Shown: positions 52,386 to 61,238 of the stretch, one piece after another
How positions within the stretch are numbered: position 1 is the stretch's first letter
Layout of the letters: the number at the start of each line of letters is the position of its first letter
Origin: Candidatus Gastranaerophilales bacterium
Lineage (GTDB): Bacteria; Cyanobacteriota; Vampirovibrionia; Gastranaerophilales; Gastranaerophilaceae
Direction of reading: 5' to 3'
DNA length: 64,000 nt
NCBI GenBank assembly: GCA_944323675.1
Contig: CALUTK010000001.1
Location: 12,806 to 76,805, forward strand
Made by a program: the position numbers and the translations under genes
The notes under the pieces: model-generated
Told to the model about the DNA's origin: nothing
The model's input: the letters and a program-made list of their open reading frames with translations, nothing else
The model's database searches: none

Positions 52386-52497
52386 TTTTTTATCCTCTTT
52401 TATCTGTACTTTTTTAAAATTATTTTGTGCGGATAAATTCCGCGTTACAGTTTTAATTTTATTAAAAAATAAAACTCAATTTGATAGCCTGAGCGGG

Positions 52498-53391
52498 CTA
52501 ATCATTTTTGACACTGTCAAGAACCTTAAAAAGTTCTGCTTTATCGTTGTCAGAAAGTTCCACGAGCGGACGTCTGACAGTATCTTCAATAATACCTTTA
52601 TGTGCAAGTGCAGCCTTCACAGGGACCGGGTTCGGCGCCATAAAGAGTTTTTTGAAAGCAGGATAAAGTTTTTTGTGCATATTAAGTGCTGCCAAAAATT
52701 CTCCTGTTTTATAATTTCTAATCATAGATTTTAATTCTGAGCCGAAAATGTGAGAGGCCACCGAGATAACCCCTCTTGCGCCGAGAGAAAGCATCGGGAG
52801 GGTTAAACTGTCGTCGCCTGAATAGATTGAAAAATCCTCAGGGCAGAGAAGTTTCATTTCTGTAATGGCATCCATATCGCCGCAGCTCTGTTTAATTCCG
52901 ACGATATTATCAAATTCATTTGCAAGCTGCGCCACAGTCTGCGGCTGCATGTTAACCCCCGTTCTTGACGGGATATTATAAATAATCACAGGCAGCGATG
53001 TACTTTTTGCAATAGCGGAAAAGTGTTCAATCATGCCTTTTTGTGACGGTTTATTATAGTAAGGAACAACTGATAGAATCGCATCGACATCTTCTTTTTC
53101 AGCAAGCTTGGCTGTTCTGACTGCAGTCATTGTGCAATTTGAACCAGCATTCATAATGACTTTTGCTTTATTGGCATTTGCCCGCTTTACAGTGCTCAAG
53201 AGTTCAATTTCTTCTTCGTGCGTAAGGGTCGGGCCCTCTCCTGTTGTTCCGGCAACAAGAACTGTATCACTGCCGTTATTAATAAGATATTTTGTTAATT
53301 CTTCAACTTTGTTGTAATCAATTTCTCTATTCTTATCAAACGGCGTAACCATTGCGGTTATAACTTCCCCGGCGTCAAATCTGATAGCCAT
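52498..53391 (-). CDS. dapA: 4-hydroxy-tetrahydrodipicolinate synthase
   Basis: TAMVTPF, GTTGEGPTL, YNIPSRTG, and GIKQS (active-site Lys). Confidence 0.92.
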   Translation of the reverse strand: MAIRFDAGEVITAMVTPFDKNREIDYNKVEELTKYLINNGSDTVLVAGTTGEGPTLTHEEEIELLSTVKRANANKAKVIMNAGSNCTMTAVRTAKLAEKEDVDAILSVVPYYNKPSQKGMIEHFSAIAKSTSLPVIIYNIPSRTGVNMQPQTVAQLANEFDNIVGIKQSCGDMDAITEMKLLCPEDFSIYSGDDSLTLPMLSLGARGVISVASHIFGSELKSMIRNYKTGEFLAALNMHKKLYPAFKKLFMAPNPVPVKAALAHKGIIEDTVRRPLVELSDNDKAELFKVLDSVKND

Positions 53392-53540
53392 AAAATACCT
53401 CTTTTCTTAAAAACTAAGACTTTCTCCTTTATACAAATTATATCTCAAACATGCTATATATGAGGTTTATATTAAGAACGTTAAAGTAAAATCAAAAAAG
53501 GAGTATGCCTTTTAGTATTTTTCGTGCTACCATTTAAGTT

Positions 53541-54128
53541 ATGAACTGGAAAAATCTGAGCAAAAAGAAGAAAGCTTATTTATTTGCATTTATTGCTATT
53601 GTAGGGCTTTTGATGTGGGCATTTATCTCTGCCGGAGTGATAACCCATAACTTTAACAGAAGTCAGTTATCAGGACAAAAAGACAAGCAGGAAGCCCTGA
53701 TTAACGGGATTATTCTGACAGAAACTAAAAACGAAAAAAAATACTGGGAAATATACGGAGATACTGGAAATTACGACAGTACAAACGGGGTTGCCATGCT
53801 CGACAACTGTATCGGAAACTTTTATGATGAAAATAATGAAGTTTCAATGAGTTTTGAATCTTCAAAAGGCACCTACAACGAAAGAAAAAAACAGATTATA
53901 ATGTATAATGATACTACTATCGTAATTAAAGACGGAACTGTGCTGGAAGCAGACAGATTAACCTGGTCGGGAAGCGATGAACCTGTTATAGCAAAAGGCA
54001 ACGTTAAGATTACGAGAGGAAAAGAGTTATATGCAACTGCCGATGAGGTTGAGATAAGTCCGGGGTACGACGACTTTAAAATCATAGGCAACGCAGTCTC
54101 AAAATTGTACGATACCAAGGAGAAATAA
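53541..54128 (+). CDS. lptC: LptC-like LPS export protein
   Basis: N-terminal TM anchor, a beta-jellyroll-like body of about 160 aa, and a position immediately upstream of the OstA/LptA-like gene. Confidence 0.55.
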   Translation: MNWKNLSKKKKAYLFAFIAIVGLLMWAFISAGVITHNFNRSQLSGQKDKQEALINGIILTETKNEKKYWEIYGDTGNYDSTNGVAMLDNCIGNFYDENNEVSMSFESSKGTYNERKKQIIMYNDTTIVIKDGTVLEADRLTWSGSDEPVIAKGNVKITRGKELYATADEVEISPGYDDFKIIGNAVSKLYDTKEK

Positions 54129-55114
54129 TGAAGAAAATATTATTTGCTTTATGTTTATTTATTGCGACAGGACTGATTGTTCAGGCCTCGGATCTTGTAA
54201 TAGAATCCAAAACGCAAAGTTATTCCGAGAATGAAAACAAAATTAAATTCGACGGAGATGTTAAGGTTTCCATTGATGATTTGAAAGTTGAAGGTGTTTC
54301 GGCAGATGTTGATGTTGATGAAAACCAGCAGCTTGATACCGCAACTTTCTATGATAAACCTTATGCTTATGAAATCAAAAAAAATAAAAAGCGTGAAGTT
54401 AAAGCAAATATTTTAAAAGTATCATTAATTAATAAGGTAATAAGAGCAGAAGGGGACACTCAGTCCGTCGTTTTTGACGGTAAAACTCCCGTTGTCGTAA
54501 TCAATTCAGATGTTCAGGAATATAATACTAAAACCGGCGTTATGACAGCAACCGGCATGGTGACAATTAAATATAAAGAAATTGAAACTTTCTCTGATAA
54601 AGCGATTATCAAAACCGATAAAAACGGTGATTTAAAAGATTTGGAATTAATCGGCAACGGCAGAGTAAAAAGAGAAACCAATGAATCCTTTGCAGACAAA
54701 TTTTACTACAATGAAGCAACAAAAATTCTGACAGCTACAGGTAATACAACATCTAACGTTTTGATGGAGGACGGAACAAAACTTGTCTTAAAATCAAATA
54801 TTCAGGAATACGTTCAGGATAAAAACACCTTTAGCGCAAGCGGGAACGTAAGAGTCTGGTATAAAGATTACTATGCTGTCGGTCCGAAAATTAATGTTTA
54901 TCCGGATAAGACAACGAATAAACCGAATGATATTTATTTTGTCGGTCGTTCAAGTATTACTCAGGGAGTCAGAACAATTTACGCTGATAAGATGAAAATG
55001 ATGCTGAATCCGAAAGATTTCCATGCGGAAGGAAATACAAGAACAGTTATCAGAAACCTAGGCAACGGTTCAGAGGAACATACTGAAGATAGCGGTGTAG
55101 GATTAGGGTTATAA
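54128..55114 (+). CDS. OstA/LptA-like periplasmic protein, double length
   Basis: Signal peptide, then iterated beta-strand units (..A.G(N/D)V.I...) spanning 328 aa. ATGA-type coupling to the lptC-like gene. Confidence 0.55.
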   Translation: MKKILFALCLFIATGLIVQASDLVIESKTQSYSENENKIKFDGDVKVSIDDLKVEGVSADVDVDENQQLDTATFYDKPYAYEIKKNKKREVKANILKVSLINKVIRAEGDTQSVVFDGKTPVVVINSDVQEYNTKTGVMTATGMVTIKYKEIETFSDKAIIKTDKNGDLKDLELIGNGRVKRETNESFADKFYYNEATKILTATGNTTSNVLMEDGTKLVLKSNIQEYVQDKNTFSASGNVRVWYKDYYAVGPKINVYPDKTTNKPNDIYFVGRSSITQGVRTIYADKMKMMLNPKDFHAEGNTRTVIRNLGNGSEEHTEDSGVGLGL

Positions 55115-55117
55115 AAT

Positions 55118-55897
55118 ATGAGTGATAAAATTCAAACAGCATTGGAATGCTATAAAAAAGGCGACTATGAAAAAGCAATAGACATCTTTAGTTCTGTTCT
55201 GGAAACCGAAAAACCGACAGCAGAAGTTTATAATAATGTCGCGCAGTGCTATGCGAGTATCGGTAACAATGAAAAAGCAGAGGATAATTTCTTAAAAGCA
55301 ATTGAACTCAATCCTAAACTTCCTCAGGCATACATCAACCTTGCGGATATTTATTATAAGACCAAAGACTACGGAAACGGGATAGAACTTTTGTGTCAGG
55401 GAATTTACGAACTTCCTGATAATATGGTTCTGAGACATTATCTTGCGCGGTTTTATATGGAAGATGCGCGCCTTGATCTGGCGGTTGATGAGTTGGAAAA
55501 AGTTCTTGAGGTTCAGCCGGAAAACTATGATGCATACTATGACCTCGGCAAAGTCCATTTTGAACTCGGAAACTATGATTCTGCCATTGAAAATTTTGAA
55601 AATGTACTTGAATTCAAAGAAAATAACGTCTGGATATATTATTATCTCGGGCAGGCGTATGAAGCAAATGATGAGATTGATAAAGCACTTTCAAATTATT
55701 TGAAGGCAATCGCGCATGACGATGGTTTTTATCAAGCTTATAAAAAGGCTGCAATTCTTTTTCTTGCAAGAGGGGATTATGAGGACGCGATTGAATATTT
55801 TGAAGATTATATGAATATGGAAATCCCTGCAGAGGAAAAAGAAAATATTTCAAAACTTGTAGAGAGAATTAAAAAGAAAGCGGCAAATGAAAAATAA
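55118..55897 (+). CDS. Tetratricopeptide repeat protein
   Basis: About 6 TPR units (Y..A...Y...G....A...F.KA(I/L)E.(N/D)P). Confidence 0.8.
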   Translation: MSDKIQTALECYKKGDYEKAIDIFSSVLETEKPTAEVYNNVAQCYASIGNNEKAEDNFLKAIELNPKLPQAYINLADIYYKTKDYGNGIELLCQGIYELPDNMVLRHYLARFYMEDARLDLAVDELEKVLEVQPENYDAYYDLGKVHFELGNYDSAIENFENVLEFKENNVWIYYYLGQAYEANDEIDKALSNYLKAIAHDDGFYQAYKKAAILFLARGDYEDAIEYFEDYMNMEIPAEEKENISKLVERIKKKAANEK

Positions 55898-56972
55898 ATT
55901 CTGGATAGCGTTTTCCGCAATAGAAGAGATTGACAGTAAATTTATCCAACGGCTCTATAACTATTTTGGCGATATAGAGGAAGCTTTTAACGCCGGAATG
56001 AATGAGTTGTCGCAGATTGACGGACTGAGTGTAAAAAGAGCCGAAACTTTTTTGCGCGAACGCGATAAAATTGATCCGGATAAAGCGCTCTTTGGGGTTG
56101 AAAACCGCGGTGTAAATTATCTTACCCTTGAAGATGATAATTATCCACGAATGCTTAAACAGATTTCAGACCCGCCTGCAGTTATATATTATAAGGGGGA
56201 TTTATTAAATTGCAATTTAGATAGAACAGTTGCGGTTGTGGGTTCAAGAAAATCAACTTACCACGCAAAAGAAGCTGTCAGAAAAATCTTATCGGAACTC
56301 ACCGGTACTGATATTTGTATAGTATCAGGGCTTGCTGCTGGTATTGATACGACCGCTCACGAAGCAGCGCTGGATAACGGCTTAAAAACAATCGGCGTAA
56401 TTGCCAGCGGATTTGACTTCATTTATCCGACATCAAACAAAAAGCTTTATGAAAAAATAGAAAATGGCGGTGGTGCGGTTGTTACGGAATATTACCCGAC
56501 ATTCCAGCCGTTAAAATTCAGGTTCCCGCAGAGAAACAGAATCGTTTCGGGGCTTTCTTACGGCACTCTTGTGGCAGAAGCCTCCTTAAAAAGCGGAGCC
56601 TTGATTACCGCAAATTTATGTCTTGAACAAGGCAGAGAATTGATGTGTATTCCGGGGCTTATTTCAAACCCGAATACAGAAGGAATTTATAAACTTTTGA
56701 AAAATGGTGCAACTCTTGTGACTCAGGCGCAGGATATTCTTGATGCCTTGAACTGGGAGATTAAACCGGCAGAACAATTGACGATGGATTTGAGCGGGTT
56801 ATCAGATATTGAAACAAGAATTCTGGACGCAATAGAAGTTGAAGAAAAAGGATTTGATGAAATCGCGGCAATAACAAAGATTGGCACCGTGGAATTATTG
56901 ACGAACTTGACAACCATGGAGCTTAAAGGCATAATAAAACAGGTAACCGGCGACAGATATAAGAGGGTATAA
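55887..56972 (+). CDS. dprA: DNA-processing protein DprA (Smf)
   Basis: DPPAVIYYKG, VAVVGSRKST, IVSGLAAGIDTTAHEAAL, FPQRNRIVSGLS, plus a C-terminal winged-helix domain. Confidence 0.9.
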   Translation: MKNKFWIAFSAIEEIDSKFIQRLYNYFGDIEEAFNAGMNELSQIDGLSVKRAETFLRERDKIDPDKALFGVENRGVNYLTLEDDNYPRMLKQISDPPAVIYYKGDLLNCNLDRTVAVVGSRKSTYHAKEAVRKILSELTGTDICIVSGLAAGIDTTAHEAALDNGLKTIGVIASGFDFIYPTSNKKLYEKIENGGGAVVTEYYPTFQPLKFRFPQRNRIVSGLSYGTLVAEASLKSGALITANLCLEQGRELMCIPGLISNPNTEGIYKLLKNGATLVTQAQDILDALNWEIKPAEQLTMDLSGLSDIETRILDAIEVEEKGFDEIAAITKIGTVELLTNLTTMELKGIIKQVTGDRYKRV

Positions 56973-56978
56973 ATATAA

Positions 56979-59303
56979 ATGGCAAAAGCGGCAGCAGCAG
57001 AAAAAACAGAGGGCGCGCAGGCGTCAAAAACTAAATCCAAAAAAGAGAAAGCTCTTGTAATAGTAGAGTCTCCTGCAAAATCCAAAACTATCAGAAAAAT
57101 TTTAGGGGACAGCTATACGATAGAAGCGAGTTTCGGTCACATCAGAGATTTGCCGCAGAATGTTCTCGGGTTTGATGTTAATAACGGTTTCCAGCCATCT
57201 TTTGTCGTGATTCCGGAGAAGAAAAAAGTCGTCACAAAATTAAATGAATTATCAAAAAAAAGCGATAAAATATTTCTGGCTTCCGACCCCGACCGAGAAG
57301 GAGAAGCTATTGCATGGCATGTCCGACAGGTTCTGAATGTGCCGGATGATAAGGTTTTCCGAATTGAATTTAACGAGATTACGCCGAAGGCAGTCAAATA
57401 CGCGGTTGAACATCCGCGTGCAATTGATATGGACAGGGTAAAAGCACAGCAGACAAGACAGATTCTTGACAAACTCGTAGGCTACAAATTAAGTCCTGTT
57501 TTATGGAAACAGCTCGGGAATTATCACCTCTCTGCGGGACGCGTTCAATCTGTCGCCCTCAGAATGATTTGCGAAAGAGAAGAAGAAATCGAAGCTTTCG
57601 TTCCGGTTGAATACTGGTCTATTCATACAGAATTGGAAAAAGAAGGGGGCGTTTTCGAGGCCGAACTTTCCAAATATAAAGATAAAAAAATCGAAATCAA
57701 AAATGAAGAAGAAGCGCAAAAGATTGTAGAATTTCTCTCGGATAAATCAACGGAATACAAGGTTGAAAAGATTACAAACAGGGAAACAAAACGTAAGCCC
57801 ACAGCACCTTTTATCACTTCAACTTTGCAAAGAGAAGCCTCCTCAAAACTAGGTTACGGCGTTCAAAAAACAATGCAGATTGCGCAGAAATTATATGAAG
57901 GTATTGAACTTGAAAACGGCGCAGTCGGTTTGATTACCTATATGAGAACCGACAGTACAAGAATTTCCGATGACGCGCAGGCAATGGCAAAGGATTTCAT
58001 CCTGAAAAATTATGGAGAAAAATATTATCCTGAAAAGCCAAACATTTACGCCAAAGGCAAACAAAATGTTCAGGACGCACACGAAGCCATCAGACCGTCA
58101 TATCCTGAGCGGACGCCTGACAGCATAAAAAAATATCTTTCAAATGAACAGTGCAGTTTATATAAATTAATCTGGAATAAATTTATGTCCTCCCAGATGA
58201 CAAACGCAACCGTTGCAAATAAAGCCGTTGAAATTGCGGCAGGCGATTATACCTTAAGAGCCAGCACAAGCAAGGTAACTTTCGACGGTTTTCTGAAACT
58301 CTATAACGAAAACGACGAGGAAGATAACGCACCGAAGGAAAAAATTCCGGATTTGCATAAAGATGACATTCTGACCTGCCGTAAGGTTACGCCGAAACAA
58401 CACTTCACACAGCCGCCGCCGAGATACTCGGAAGCAACTCTTGTTAAGGCGCTGGAAGAATACGGTATCGGGCGTCCGTCAACTTACGCATCAATTATTA
58501 CCAAAATCCAGACCCGCGGCTATGTTCAGAAGCTGGAAAAAGCCCTGGCTCCGACACTTCTTGGAAGAACTGTTTGTAAACAGCTTATGGCGCAGTTTAC
58601 GGATGTTATGGATTATAAGTTCACTGCCGGCATGGAAACAAAATTAGACCAGATTGCGGATAAAAAAGCTGTATGGAATAAGGTTTTAGAAGATTTTTAC
58701 GGTCCGTTTATTGAGGTTGTAAATACCGCAATGCAAAACGGTGAACGCGTACGAATTGAAACGAATGTTATGTGCCCGAACTGCGGCAAACCGATGCTCG
58801 TTAGAACTAGCCGTCAGGGAAACCAGTTCTTAGGGTGTTCGGGATATCCGGAATGCAAAACCGTAATGTCTTTGAACGCTATGACGGAAGGAGCTTCTCA
58901 AACTTCACCGCAAGCTGAAAAATGCGAAGAAAAATGTGAAAAATGCGGTTCTGATATGGTATTTAAAACAGGGCCTTACGGTAAATATATGGAATGCACT
59001 AATGAGGATTGCAAATTCCGCAAACCTTACCGCCGCTCAACTGGTGTTAAGTGTCCGAAATGCGGCAAAGGTGTAATAGTAGAAAGAAAATCAAAACGCG
59101 GAACCGTATTCTTTGGCTGCGACAAGTATCCTGACTGCGACTTTGTACTCTGGAACGAGCCGACAGGAGAAGAATGCCCTGACTGCGGTGCATTACTGGT
59201 GAAAAAAGTCTTAAAAAAAGGAACTACAATAGAATGTTCAAACCGCTCATGCGGTTATAAACGTGTGGAAGAGCCAAAACCGGAGGAAAATTCTGATGAA
59301 TAA
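56979..59303 (+). CDS. topA: DNA topoisomerase I with C-terminal zinc-ribbon repeats
   Basis: Toprim (LVIVESPAKSKTI, LASDPDREGEAIAWH), active-site region ITYMRTDS, and 3-4 C4 zinc ribbons. Confidence 0.93.
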   Translation: MAKAAAAEKTEGAQASKTKSKKEKALVIVESPAKSKTIRKILGDSYTIEASFGHIRDLPQNVLGFDVNNGFQPSFVVIPEKKKVVTKLNELSKKSDKIFLASDPDREGEAIAWHVRQVLNVPDDKVFRIEFNEITPKAVKYAVEHPRAIDMDRVKAQQTRQILDKLVGYKLSPVLWKQLGNYHLSAGRVQSVALRMICEREEEIEAFVPVEYWSIHTELEKEGGVFEAELSKYKDKKIEIKNEEEAQKIVEFLSDKSTEYKVEKITNRETKRKPTAPFITSTLQREASSKLGYGVQKTMQIAQKLYEGIELENGAVGLITYMRTDSTRISDDAQAMAKDFILKNYGEKYYPEKPNIYAKGKQNVQDAHEAIRPSYPERTPDSIKKYLSNEQCSLYKLIWNKFMSSQMTNATVANKAVEIAAGDYTLRASTSKVTFDGFLKLYNENDEEDNAPKEKIPDLHKDDILTCRKVTPKQHFTQPPPRYSEATLVKALEEYGIGRPSTYASIITKIQTRGYVQKLEKALAPTLLGRTVCKQLMAQFTDVMDYKFTAGMETKLDQIADKKAVWNKVLEDFYGPFIEVVNTAMQNGERVRIETNVMCPNCGKPMLVRTSRQGNQFLGCSGYPECKTVMSLNAMTEGASQTSPQAEKCEEKCEKCGSDMVFKTGPYGKYMECTNEDCKFRKPYRRSTGVKCPKCGKGVIVERKSKRGTVFFGCDKYPDCDFVLWNEPTGEECPDCGALLVKKVLKKGTTIECSNRSCGYKRVEEPKPEENSDE

Positions 59304-60135
59304 ATTCGGACTTATAGGATATCCTTTGGGGCATTCGCTTTCTGCAGTTATTCATAAGGCAGGATTTGAAAGCCTCGGGATTAATGCGACTTACGATATT
59401 CTGGAAACTCCGCCTGAGGATCTTGTCGATAGAGTAAAATCTTTGAAACGCGAAAATTATAATGGCGTTAACGTCACAATTCCTCTGAAACTTCCTATTT
59501 CGCTTTTTGTGCAGGAAGTGGATAAGTATGCTGATATTGCGGGGGCTGTCAATACCATAAAAATCAATTCCGATAAAACCTTCAGTGCATATAATACAGA
59601 TGCTGTAGGGTTTAAAAAGGCAATTCCTGCTGATATAAATCTTGCAGGAAAAACTGCTGCAATTTTAGGAACAGGCGGTGCAAGCCGTGCGGCTGTTCTC
59701 GGGTTGTCGGATTTAGGAATTTCAGAAATCGGGGTTTATACAAGAAATATTCCAAACGCCATGGATTATATGGCATATATGAGAAGAAAATTTCCGCAGA
59801 TAACCTTTACTTCATACCAGATTGATGCTGTTCGGGATTTATCAAAATATGATATTTTAGTGAATACAACGCCAATCGGTATGCAGGGAGTTTCTGCCGA
59901 TATGACGCCGGTTGAAGAAAATGTTTTGAAAACCTTGCCTGAAGGGGCTGTAGTGTACGACGTTATTTATAACCCTAAAAAGACAATTCTTTTAAAGAAT
60001 GCGGAAAAACTCGGCTATAGAACGATTAACGGTCTTGATATGCTCGTATATCAGGCTGCAGCCGCACAGGAAATCTGGTTCGGGCGCACACCTGATTTTA
60101 ACGCGATGAAGATTGCCGCTCTGGAAAACCTATAA
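59296..60135 (+). CDS. aroE: Shikimate dehydrogenase
   Basis: FGLIGYPLGHSLS, NVTIPLK, NTD, GTGGASRA. ATG 59296 follows GGAGGA and overlaps the topA stop by 8 nt; the track start at 59263 is unlikely. Confidence 0.88.
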   Translation: MNKFGLIGYPLGHSLSAVIHKAGFESLGINATYDILETPPEDLVDRVKSLKRENYNGVNVTIPLKLPISLFVQEVDKYADIAGAVNTIKINSDKTFSAYNTDAVGFKKAIPADINLAGKTAAILGTGGASRAAVLGLSDLGISEIGVYTRNIPNAMDYMAYMRRKFPQITFTSYQIDAVRDLSKYDILVNTTPIGMQGVSADMTPVEENVLKTLPEGAVVYDVIYNPKKTILLKNAEKLGYRTINGLDMLVYQAAAAQEIWFGRTPDFNAMKIAALENL

Positions 60136-60192
60136 TTTTTTAGTCAGGCAGGTATGCGCAGCTAACGATAAGAAAATCAAGTATAAAAATAG

Positions 60193-60492
60193 GGGATTTA
60201 TATCGCAGTTTACACCAGATGCACAAAAGTGTCATGCTGAATTTATTTGACAAAGCGAACCAAAATTTTTGTCATCCTGAACTTGTTTCAGGATCTTAAA
60301 AATTTTGAGTAAGCCTGTCCTTACGAAGTGCAGCATCTCTAAACACAGAGACCCTGAAACGCCAGGTAGGGGCATAAAATCACGTTTCGCCATTCGGCTC
60401 AACTGATTTTGCAGCCAGTTCAGAGCCTGCCCTGAATTTATTTCAGGGGTGACATTTCTGCGTTTTTTAGTGTAAACTGCGATATAAGTCCC
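60193..60492. mobile_element. 300-bp MITE-like non-autonomous element with TIRs and 8-bp target-site duplication
   Basis: Left end gggatttatatcgcagtttacac matches the reverse complement of the right end, gggacttatatcgcagtttacac, at 22 of 23 positions. Flanked by AAAAATAG at 60185..60192 and 60493..60500. The interior has no credible ORF but carries GTCAYCCTGAA...TTCAGG hairpins. Confidence 0.85.
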
Positions 60493-60564
60493 AAAAATAG
60501 ACAAGAAAAAAGTATTTTCCAGAAACGTTATCGGGAAAATACAGCATATTTATTTAATCTTTGT

Positions 60565-60598
60565 AAAAGGCTGCCGGAAAGTTTTCCGGCAGCCTTTT
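60565..60598 (-). terminator. Intrinsic terminator after 60606..61142
   Basis: aaaaggctgccgg-aaagttt-ccggcagcctttt, with A/T runs on both sides. Confidence 0.8.
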
Positions 60599-60605
60599 GG
60601 AAATA

Positions 60606-61142
60606 TTAAAATTTATCAGATTTTGTTACTTGATGAGATAGCAATTTTTCCTGATATTTAACTGGTTCTTCAGCTAAATATGTGTTTTGAGGAACGTATC
60701 CATATGCATTTTTATCTGCTTCTTTAATAAGCTTTATTTTACTGCTTATGGTTCTTTCTAATTTATCTTCGGTTTTATAGCCCTGATTGTCTATAATTGT
60801 ATGCGTTTTTGTCATTTTTTCAGGGAGATAGCTTTCTTTTTCCCCATTTAACCCAATTACTTTTGCAAAGTGAATTGCGTTTTCTTTAACCTGTCTAAAG
60901 CCTGCTTTATAGCCTGATTCCATTGTTTCAATATAAGATTTAAAAAGTGCAAAAGAAGGTTTTCCGTTGATAGGGGTTCCGGTTCTTGTCATTCTGCCAA
61001 GAAAGTTCCCGTTCGGGTCGTAAAAATCACATGATTTCACGAGCTCTCCTGTCGGATATGCGCGGTAAGCGTTGTGGTTTTTCGCAATAGCATGGTTTGC
61101 CCTTAAAAATTCAGCAACCGGTGAAATTTTTGTAATACTCAT
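60606..61142 (-). CDS. Hypothetical protein, weak member of the N-terminal-motif family
   Basis: TAGGAG SD. N-terminus MSITKISPVAEFLRAN shares the I-S-P-V half-motif. No recognisable domain. Confidence 0.6.
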   Translation of the reverse strand: MSITKISPVAEFLRANHAIAKNHNAYRAYPTGELVKSCDFYDPNGNFLGRMTRTGTPINGKPSFALFKSYIETMESGYKAGFRQVKENAIHFAKVIGLNGEKESYLPEKMTKTHTIIDNQGYKTEDKLERTISSKIKLIKEADKNAYGYVPQNTYLAEEPVKYQEKLLSHQVTKSDKF

Positions 61143-61238
61143 TTTCTACTCCTATAATTTAATAAACACTGTTCTCTGGTTTTTAGTTAACCACGAAAGA
61201 AGAATTTTGTCCAGTTAAAGCGATAGCGGATAAAATTT

